A stretch of DNA of 64,000 nucleotides, taken from NCBI GenBank assembly GCA_963764735.1, contig CAVXTS010000002.1, forward strand, positions 1,663,082-1,727,081, given 5' to 3'. The notes below the pieces were generated by a model. The model was given only the letters and a program-made list of their open reading frames with translations, did not search any database and was not told the origin of the DNA. The position numbers and the translations under genes were made by a program. The stretch's first letter is position 1, and each line of letters opens with the position of its first letter. The stretch comes from an uncultured Acidobacteriaceae bacterium. Lineage in GTDB: Bacteria; Acidobacteriota; Terriglobia; Terriglobales; Acidobacteriaceae. Shown here one piece after another: positions 57,205 to 64,000 of the stretch.

Positions 57205-58554
57205 GTGCGTCGTATGAAACGACATCAGGTTTCAGGTGGACAGCCTTCGCGCAGGAGATTTCTCGCCGACACGAGCATCTTTGCCGCTGGCAGCGTGTTC
57301 TTGCGCTCCGGGGTGCTTGCCCAAGTGGCCGCGGGGCAGCAAAGCGAGCAAGGGGCCCCTAAAGCTGGTTCGCCCACGACGACACCACTACCCGGCGGCA
57401 TGAACGGCGTCGCCCCCGGCACGCCGATGCCCGCCGACGGCAAATCGCCCTACGCCTACTCCGGTATCAGCGGTCCCGGCTGGCCGGTGGACGAGGCCAG
57501 CGGTCACGGCGGCTATCGCTCCGGCTCCAGCGGCCTCGCCTATGCTGGCGAGCATCCCTACCCCTTTCCCACCCAGCCGCTCACCGAAAAAGACGCGACC
57601 GGCTCTGTCGTCGCCGCCGGTCTCATTCCCCCGCTGAAGCCGATCATCGAGGTGCAAGTGCGCGACACGATCGTCTGCAAGGGCGGCGACGGCAACTTCT
57701 ATATGACAGGCTCAACCGGCGAGAATATCTGGGCGTACAACCGCGGCGTCGAGCTCTGGAGATCCTCCGACCTAAAGACCTGGCATTACCTTGGCCTGGT
57801 CTGGGATATGGACAAGGAAGGTACCTGGGAAAAGGCATGGCGCCCGCTCCACAACAAGCCCTGCCGCGCAATCTGGGCGCCGGAGATCCACTACCTCCGC
57901 GGCAATTACTACATCTGTCTCAGCGTCGCGCCTACCGGCATCTCGATTCTCAAGAGCACAACCGGCAACGCGACCGGCCCTTACGTTCACGCGTTTTCGC
58001 CGAACCAGCCGATCATCAACGCGATCGATCCCACGCTGTTTGAGGACTCGGACGGGAAGGTCTACTTTACCGCCAGTTCGGCCACTCGCATCGTGCAACT
58101 GAAGGATGACCTTTCCGGCATGGCCGGGGACTGGCACAACATAGTACTCAGCGACCCCGACCACACGCCATCGCACCATGCCGAAAAATGCACGCCGCGT
58201 GGTTCGAACGATCTCGGCACCGAGGGCGGGGTGCTCTTCAAGGCCAACGGGATCTATTATCTGGGCGCGGCGGACAGTTATGAAGGCCGTTACTCCACCT
58301 GCCTGGCCATGTCCGACAACATCTACGGCCCCTACCACACACGCCACGAGTCAGTCCCTTGCGGCGGTGGCACCGGCTTCTTCCAGGACCAGGCCGGCAG
58401 CTGGTGGTCCAGCTACTTCGGCAACGACACGCAGTCGCCGTTCCGCGAAAAACCGGCGATCGTCAAAGTCGACTTCGCCTCCGACGGCCGAGTGATCGTC
58501 GCTGCCCGGCAGCCGTTTGTGCCGGGCTGGAATCCGAAGTCGGTGCGCGGCTGA
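57205..58554 (+). CDS. GH43-family glycoside hydrolase (arabinanase/xylosidase-like), Tat-secreted
   Basis: 449 aa with Tat motif SRRRFLADTSIFAAG. Five-bladed-propeller motifs are present: VRDTIVCKGGDGNFYMTGS, IWAPEIHYLRGNYYI, IDPTLFEDSDGKVYF. Confidence 0.85.
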   Translation: MRRMKRHQVSGGQPSRRRFLADTSIFAAGSVFLRSGVLAQVAAGQQSEQGAPKAGSPTTTPLPGGMNGVAPGTPMPADGKSPYAYSGISGPGWPVDEASGHGGYRSGSSGLAYAGEHPYPFPTQPLTEKDATGSVVAAGLIPPLKPIIEVQVRDTIVCKGGDGNFYMTGSTGENIWAYNRGVELWRSSDLKTWHYLGLVWDMDKEGTWEKAWRPLHNKPCRAIWAPEIHYLRGNYYICLSVAPTGISILKSTTGNATGPYVHAFSPNQPIINAIDPTLFEDSDGKVYFTASSATRIVQLKDDLSGMAGDWHNIVLSDPDHTPSHHAEKCTPRGSNDLGTEGGVLFKANGIYYLGAADSYEGRYSTCLAMSDNIYGPYHTRHESVPCGGGTGFFQDQAGSWWSSYFGNDTQSPFREKPAIVKVDFASDGRVIVAARQPFVPGWNPKSVRG

Positions 58555-58622
58555 GCAACCCGTTGAAATTCTCTACTCGGTATTCAATTTAGGACGATTC
58601 GACTTCCTGGACCATTCCCGAT

Positions 58623-60332
58623 ATGCCGCTTACCAGACGCCGCTTCCTCGCCCAGTCATCGCTGCTCGCAGCCGCCTCCGCACTCGCGTCGCGTGCCCGC
58701 ATCTACGCATACGGCCAGACCAGTGTTCCCGCTGGTGCGCCCCCGCGGACGCCGGCGCGGGACATCGGCGAGGGCGGAAACTCCATGGGCTTCGACATGG
58801 CCCCGGAGACGAACATCAATGTGGTAAACGCTGCCATGAAGCAGATCCCCACCAAGATGGCGCGCGGACCGTTCAAGCCCAACTGGGAGTCTTTAAAGCA
58901 GCACTACAAGGTGCCGGAATGGTTCATTGGCGCGAAGTTTGGCATCTTCAGCCATTTCGGGATCTTTTCCGTTCCGGCGCATGGGAACGAGTGGTACGAA
59001 AAATTCATGTATGCCGGCGGCGACGACAGCACCCTGAAGTCGATGAACAATCACGGTAGCTTCGTCGCTTGGCACACCGCGCACTATGGCCCCCCAGACA
59101 AGTTCGGCTACAAGGACTTTATTCCGATGTTCAAGGCGGAGAAGTTCGATGCGGATGCCTGGGCGGAGCTCTATAAGAAAGCGGGCGCAAGATACGTTGT
59201 CCCGGGCGCCCAGCACCACGAAAACTTCGCAATGTGGGATAGCAAGGTGACGCCTTACAACTCGATGAAAATGGGGCCGAAGCGCGATGTGATTGGCGAA
59301 TTGTCGAAGGCAGTGCGCAGCCGGGGCATGAAGTTCGGAGTTGCGAATCACGGAATCGAGAACTTCCAGTTCATCAATCCTCCGGCCGATATGGCCGCCA
59401 AGATGAAGGCTGAGAAGGTCGATCTCTACGATCCCGCATGGGCCGACTTCTACAACGTCGCCGATCGCAGCGACGTCGCCTGCGAGAGATTCCTGGTCAA
59501 CTGGTATGAACGCAACGTCGAACTGATCGACAAATACCAGCCCGACCTAATGTACTTCGACAACGGCATCGACCAGCGTTATCTTGATCCTCTCAAACTC
59601 AGCATTGCCGCTTACTATTACAACCGCGCGAGAAGCTGGGGCAAAGAGGTCTCGTTCACCACCAAGAAGGCCGCCTTCTCGCCCACCGGCAAGAATACCG
59701 AGACGATCGGTTCCATCCTGGACTTCGAGGGCGGCCCTCCTCACGGCCTTCGGACCGGATCGTGGGAGGTAGACCGTTCCGTCGGCAGTACTTGGGGATA
59801 CACCACCGGGGAGCGGATCCACACAGTCAATGAGACGATCGGATACCTGGTGGATACTGTGAGCAAGAATGGAAACCTATTGCTCAACGTCTCTCCCATG
59901 GCCGACGGCACCATTCCGCAAGACCAGCAAGACACTTTGCTTGGGGTCGGCAAATGGCTCGAAGTCAATGGCGAGGCGATCTACGACACCCACTCCTGGA
60001 TCAAGTTCCAGGAGCCCGGCGACCAGCATATCCACTTCACCGTCAAGGGAGATGCGCTCTATGCCATCGTTCTGGGCAAAAGCCCTAGGACCGACGTCGT
60101 GATCACGGCGCTGGCGACTGGTCAGACTCCCGCCGGAAAGGTTGTATCGATAACCATGCTGGGCAGTGATCGTCCTCTAGATTTCACACAGGATGCCGAT
60201 GGCCTGAAGGTCAAGCAGTTGGACTCGGCTCCTATTGACAGCCCATACACCTTAAGGATCAACGGCCTCAAGATGAATCCCGCCACCTCGACAGTTTCCG
60301 GTAATCCAATGCCCGGCATTATCGTGCTGTGA
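58623..60332 (+). CDS. GH29-family alpha-L-fucosidase (copy 2), Tat-secreted
   Basis: 569 aa with Tat motif [56 protein letters not shown] shows it is a clear paralogue of 54064..55800. Confidence 0.92.
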   Translation: MPLTRRRFLAQSSLLAAASALASRARIYAYGQTSVPAGAPPRTPARDIGEGGNSMGFDMAPETNINVVNAAMKQIPTKMARGPFKPNWESLKQHYKVPEWFIGAKFGIFSHFGIFSVPAHGNEWYEKFMYAGGDDSTLKSMNNHGSFVAWHTAHYGPPDKFGYKDFIPMFKAEKFDADAWAELYKKAGARYVVPGAQHHENFAMWDSKVTPYNSMKMGPKRDVIGELSKAVRSRGMKFGVANHGIENFQFINPPADMAAKMKAEKVDLYDPAWADFYNVADRSDVACERFLVNWYERNVELIDKYQPDLMYFDNGIDQRYLDPLKLSIAAYYYNRARSWGKEVSFTTKKAAFSPTGKNTETIGSILDFEGGPPHGLRTGSWEVDRSVGSTWGYTTGERIHTVNETIGYLVDTVSKNGNLLLNVSPMADGTIPQDQQDTLLGVGKWLEVNGEAIYDTHSWIKFQEPGDQHIHFTVKGDALYAIVLGKSPRTDVVITALATGQTPAGKVVSITMLGSDRPLDFTQDADGLKVKQLDSAPIDSPYTLRINGLKMNPATSTVSGNPMPGIIVL

Positions 60333-60365
60333 AAAGCTAGGCCCCGTTTCACCCCGACTCCACCT

Positions 60366-60750
60366 ATGAAAAGCGCCCTATCTCGCCGCCGTTTCCTCAA
60401 GCAGTCCTTCGCTAGCCACTGGAGCAGCCGCGAGCATGCCGCTCCTTCCATCTATCATCCACGAGTTGGCAGCACAGTCTGTAGCAGCGGCGCCCGCGAC
60501 CACACCCGCACCAAGTCCACTGACCCTCGATGCCTCCTCTCGCCCGCCGGCCCCACAGGCCGGAGGCTTTCACATGGGCTCATCGGTCGCGCCCGGCGGC
60601 CACACCCTTACCCCGGATAGCCGCAGCCTGCTACGCGATGGCAAGCCTTGGATGCTCATCTCCGGCGAATTCCAATACTCGCGATGCCCCGCGGCGGAGT
60701 GGCGTGACGAACTGACACAAACACTAGGATCTCCCTGGGTGCCGGCCTAG
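60366..60750 (+). pseudogene. frameshifted, 3'-truncated GH35 beta-galactosidase remnant
   Basis: The Tat signal MKSALSRRRFLKQS (from 60366) only continues sensibly after a 1-nt frame change near 60400-60412, into ORF 60436..60750 (...LATGAAASMPLLPS...). LLRDGKPWMLISGEFQYSRCPAAEWRDEL matches the GH35 N-terminal block (F.LDGKPF.I.SGE.HY.R.P.E.W.D.L). Similarity ends near 60712 and a stop follows at 60748-60750, so more than 500 expected codons are missing. Confidence 0.65.
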
Positions 60751-61167
60751 CTGCCGCACTGAATCGTGCGGGATGGTCGGAGGAAGGATTACAGGGTTAG
60801 CGTCGACGTCTATTCGGGGCGCCGGCAAATCGGAGGCCGTCAATTGGAGACGCCCAACGGCGCCAGCGAAGGGTACGGTGAGCGGCTTCGTCGACATAGA
60901 TAGGCCTCGGCGCCAAGCGACGTCCTATTTGAGAATGGAATGGGGGCACTCTATTGACGGGCGCCGACGGCCAACGGCTCAACAAGGCTTATTTTGAGAA
61001 CATTGCCACAACGGAACTCGGCAACGCTCCCCCCGGCTCCCTTCGCCGCACGTTTGCATCGTGCGGGCCTTGGCAGCGGAGTTAGTCCCTCCGCTACAAT
61101 GGTGATGCTATGAGGCCGTTTTCGCGATAGGACGCCGAGAATCACTTTTGATTGCGTCGGTGTTCAG

Positions 61168-61350
61168 CCCCGTAACAGGGAAACTCAATTCCCTGATATC
61201 GGGGGGAAAATTCCCTGCTCCCTTTTGATTCAGTGGCTTTCAGCACGCCACTAAACCGCACAAATCTCGGGGCTTGCTGGGATAACGACGCGATCGGCAT
61301 GCCCCGTTAATCGGCAATTACCCTGATAAAATCCCTGTTAGCAGGGAAAT
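61168..61350. repeat. cluster of CCCTG/CAGGG motifs forming nested hairpins in a non-coding stretch
   Basis: The nested hairpin CCCCG-taa-CAGGGAA-actcaa-TTCCCTG-atat-CGGGG lies at 61168-61204. The near-palindrome GGGAAAATTCCC lies at 61204-61215. Further motifs follow: aaTTCCCTGct, attaCCCTGATAaaaTCCCTGttagCAGGGAAa (61318-61349). GCCCCGT(T)AA and CCCTGATA each recur about 130 nt apart. Confidence 0.7.
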
Positions 61351-61429
61351 GCAGCCAGAGAACGGTTCGCCCCAGACTGCATCCACCGCCAGTACTTCTA
61401 AGTCGCTTTAGAATCAGCAAATAACCGCT

Positions 61430-61450
61430 GTGCTACACATTGTGTGGCAC
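61430..61450. promoter_or_regulatory. 21-bp inverted repeat (possible protein-binding site) downstream of the PadR gene
   Basis: GTGCTACACA-T-TGTGTGGCAC has arms complementary at 9 of 10 positions. Confidence 0.35.
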
Positions 61451-61606
61451 TTTTGTACCCCGTTCCGCAGCGGTTTCTGAAAAGATATTGCGGGTCCTCG
61501 CTCTCCTTTGGGTATTTCCCTTATGGAGCCGCGATGAACTCTGCAGCCGCCTACTTCGAGGCCATTCCAAGCGATCAGAACCCTCAGAGAGCCTTTTGGA
61601 AGGCGG

Positions 61607-62194
61607 TCACGAGCCCCTGGGTTTCATGGGGCTACGAGTGTCCCGCTTGGCTTTCCCAGTGAGTTTAGACGGCAGACTGTCAGCCATCGCGCGGATGACA
61701 GAGCACTCTGCTGCCAGAAGTGCACTCGCGGCTGCGGACCGCATGTCGCTATACCACCGCGCGAGGGGAGCTACATTGCCAGTATCGGTGCGCGGCTGGG
61801 CAGTCACTTGCAGCTCCATCTTTTTGTAGGCGGACTCTCGGAGGAACTCCGCGGCGATTCCACGGTCACCGCCGCCCCATAGGGCCAAAAGCGCCACGCG
61901 AAGGTCGGAGTCGATGTCGCCGCTGGGGCCGGTTTCGATCAGGGGTAGCCAGCCCGTCTTTAGGAGCTTCCTGCCGGCTGCGGTGACTTTGTAGTCGGTT
62001 CGGCCGCGGGCACCCGGCTTCCCCTGGCGCACGAGCCGCGCCTCGAGCAAGCGCTGGAGCGCGGGGATCGTGGCGCCCTGAGAGAGGCCAGCAGCCCTCT
62101 GCAATCTGTAAGGGGTCGATACCCCGCCGTCGATCAACGCCAGGATGAACAGATCCAGATCGATCCTTCGGCGTCTATCACGGGTCTCAGACAT
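61607..62194 (-). CDS. PadR-family transcriptional regulator
   Basis: 195 aa. The winged-HTH region is LDLFILALIDGGVSTPYRLQRAAGLSQGATIPALQRLLEARLVRQGKPGARGRTDYKVTAAGRKLL, followed by a C-terminal helical domain. Confidence 0.8.
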   Translation of the reverse strand: MSETRDRRRRIDLDLFILALIDGGVSTPYRLQRAAGLSQGATIPALQRLLEARLVRQGKPGARGRTDYKVTAAGRKLLKTGWLPLIETGPSGDIDSDLRVALLALWGGGDRGIAAEFLRESAYKKMELQVTAQPRTDTGNVAPLARWYSDMRSAAASALLAAECSVIRAMADSLPSKLTGKAKRDTRSPMKPRGS

Positions 62195-62276
62195 GTTGCG
62201 ATCAGTATACGAACCTCTGGGCTCGGGATTGAGCCGGGAGCAGGATTTGGCAACATACCTCGTCCTGCGGATCCAG

Positions 62277-62291
62277 GTGTCTGACAGACAC
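62277..62291. promoter_or_regulatory. perfect 7-1-7 palindrome upstream of the PadR gene (candidate autoregulatory operator)
   Basis: GTGTCTG-A-CAGACAC lies 83-97 nt upstream of the PadR start codon (62194). Confidence 0.3.
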
Positions 62292-62564
62292 AGGACCAGC
62301 CAGCGGGCGAACCAGTTGGCATACTGCTCCCAACCGGGACGTCATCTTTTCGCCCTTTCCGGGCGCGCCCAGACCATCAGTTCGTTACCGGACTGGCAAA
62401 GAATTACCCAGCTCGCATTGGCATAGGGTTACTACACCAGGAGCCGCGGAATAAGCAAACAGCCCGCCTGACGCGCGAGCGCGCGTGCTCCGGCACCACG
62501 TTCGCCGACCCTAGTTGCACTGAGGATATGGATCAGATCCAGGGTCGATGATAGACAAAGAGGA

Positions 62565-62846
62565 TTCTGCATCCATTGTGGTGTTGCAGTTGGCGCTTCA
62601 GAAGCGACTCGTGATCAGGTCCCATCGAAATGCCTTCTAACGGCATCTTTTCCAGCGAATCTCCCCATCGTGCAAGTATGCGAACCGTGCAACTCGGGAT
62701 TCTCCCCTGACGAGGAATACCTGACCGCCTTCATTGGTTGTGTGCTCGCAGTTTATCCGACTCAAACAGCCAGATTGCCCACAAACGAGCCCAACCTCGA
62801 TCGTGGCCAAAGATCGACTTGGGACGCGGACGATTTGACTGACTAA
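62565..62846 (+). pseudogene. remnant of an HNH-type endonuclease domain protein
   Basis: The frame has no usable start. It reads FCIHCGVAVGASEATRDQVPSKCLLTASFPANLPIVQVCEPCNSGFSPDEEYLTAFIGCVL...*. The pattern C-x2-C ... T-x-D(H>Q)-VP-x-K ... C-x2-CN-x3-S-x-DEEY resembles an HNH nuclease family I recall (T.DHVPPK.LF ... VP.C..CN...S.DDEY), with the catalytic His replaced by Gln (CAG). It is also much shorter than full-length members. Confidence 0.4.
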
Positions 62847-62911
62847 GATTCATGCGCTTCGGGAGTTGCCAAGATGCTAAGGACCGGCTGTACGATTGAA
62901 GGCCAAGAAGC

Positions 62912-63892
62912 CTAGCGGTGACGGGACATCAGGAACAGCAATGCGAACAGAAGCAGTGGCAATATCAACGCCGCTGCGAATAGCAGTCTCCGGCCAGTTT
63001 GTACGGGCCTGTCCATCTCCAGTCGAGGCGACTCTGGCCGCCTAGTAACTCCAACTTGTTCAGGATGGCGGAGGTCATGGGCAAACTCGCGGGCGCTGCC
63101 ATAACGATTCTTTGGCTCGCGCTCAAGTGCTCGATAGATAATCTCCTGCATCTGCGGGGTTATAGCAGGGTTGAGTTTGGTCGGCGGAATTGGATTTTTG
63201 TGAAGCCGGTCGTTCATTACCTCGAATGGGTTCGTACCCGGGAAAGGTACTGTGCCGGTCAGCATCTCGTACAAGATGGCCCCCAGGGAGTAGATGTCGC
63301 TGCGCGCCTCGCCGTGCTTGCCTTGGACCTGCTCGGGCGAGATGTAGTCGGGGGTGCCTAGGCTGGCGGAGAGATTGGCGAAGGTGAGCCGTCGCGCCCC
63401 GACCAAGGCCGCGAATCCAAAGTCGAACAGTTTGATCTGGTCCTCGGAATCGACCATGATGCTTTCCGGCTTCAGATCGCGAAGGACGACGCCATGTCCG
63501 TGAATGTAGTCGAGCGCATCGCATATTCGTATAGTCAATTTCGTGGCACGATCTGCCGGGAGCTTTCTGTCTTCTATCAATATCTGTCGTAAGGGTCTTC
63601 CCTCAAGCCACTCCATCACGATGTAAACCTGGCTACGATGGGGGTTCGAGAAGATCTTCATAACCCCGGGATGATCAAGCTTCGTTTCAATCTCCTCTTC
63701 GCGATAGAAGCGGTCTTGCAAGGCAGGGTCGCCCTCGACCTCGAGATGAGGAATCTTGACGGCGACCTGCTTTTGGGTGCGCGTGTCGAGGGCGCGGAAG
63801 ACATCAGCCCTTACGCTCGATGAAACGAGGCTCTGGAGGTGGTAGTGATCCAGTTGGTCGCCGGGATGAAGTCGTACGTTCGGTGCAGGCAT
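62912..63892 (-). CDS. membrane-anchored Hanks-type Ser/Thr protein kinase homologue with degenerate motifs
   Basis: 326 aa. Canonical motifs VAVKIP (VAIK), LFDFGFA (DFG) and GTPDYISPEQ (APE-like) are present, along with a C-terminal TM helix LLFAAALILPLLLFALLFL. However, the Gly-rich loop is LVSSSVRADVF (no Gly) and the catalytic loop is VLRDLKPES instead of HRDLKPEN. Confidence 0.85.
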   Translation of the reverse strand: MPAPNVRLHPGDQLDHYHLQSLVSSSVRADVFRALDTRTQKQVAVKIPHLEVEGDPALQDRFYREEEIETKLDHPGVMKIFSNPHRSQVYIVMEWLEGRPLRQILIEDRKLPADRATKLTIRICDALDYIHGHGVVLRDLKPESIMVDSEDQIKLFDFGFAALVGARRLTFANLSASLGTPDYISPEQVQGKHGEARSDIYSLGAILYEMLTGTVPFPGTNPFEVMNDRLHKNPIPPTKLNPAITPQMQEIIYRALEREPKNRYGSAREFAHDLRHPEQVGVTRRPESPRLEMDRPVQTGRRLLFAAALILPLLLFALLFLMSRHR

Positions 63893-64000
63893 TGAGAGAG
63901 TCCAGTGCGCGGTCTGGCAGGCAAGCGGATAGCCTGCTCAGGCTCGAAGAAAAGTGACATGCCAACGTCCCAAATTCATCCGAAGCGATGCCGTCGAGGT

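Noticed and set aside
61444-61459. TGGCAC-ttttg-TACC as a sigma-54 promoter
   Set aside because: The -12 element is TA(C) rather than TTGC, and there is no downstream gene in that orientation. The TGGCAC is simply the right arm of the 21-bp palindrome.

Overview
High-GC bacterial chromosome segment. Gene content and the dispersed repeat families look acidobacterial, but the taxon is inference only. The window is centred on the origin-proximal cluster rpmH-rnpA-yidD-yidC (minus strand), dnaA and jag (plus strand). I support about 50 protein genes, one tRNA-Ser(GCT), three gene remnants and several repeat or regulatory elements.

Gene order, left to right:
- a partial hypothetical gene, a translationally coupled GNAT + DinB/YfiT pair, and an AAA+ ATPase with an MshEN-like N-terminus;
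- ftsK, then a small lower-GC islet with an orphan RHH antitoxin and a Cys/His- and Pro-rich protein;
- a DUF2339-DUF3999 envelope pair next to REC-Hpt and NarL-type regulators, then galU;
- the dnaA cluster, mfd, an orphan sugar-binding lipoprotein, gatB, serA plus an aminotransferase, purN and RNase J;
- a hemE / hemH-hemY heme block, purS, ppa and an APC permease;
- tRNA-Ser, followed by a ~15-kb cluster of secreted glycan-degrading enzymes (GH127, GH28, CE15, GH95, two GH29, GH43, a LacI regulator, a decayed GH35);
- a decayed, gene-poor tail (PadR, an HNH remnant, an atypical Ser/Thr kinase).

Most notable observations:
1. A ~300-nt hairpin-repeat (REP/MITE-like) block, including a 2 x 69-bp tandem, sits in frame inside hemE.
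2. A 790-bp repeat- and poly-C-rich spacer splits hemE from hemH.
3. A conserved 30-bp promoter/operator cassette (core GATAGCGCTAAAG) occurs three times in the glycan cluster.
4. An ~850-bp non-coding stretch carries nested CCCTG/CAGGG hairpins.
5. The N-terminus of the AAA+ ATPase carries tandem MshEN-like (c-di-GMP-binding type) motifs.

I found no CRISPR array, rRNA, intact transposase or integrase, or recognisable defence system. Nothing here can be called a new system without database and experimental checks. All family calls come from reading the translations, not from searches.
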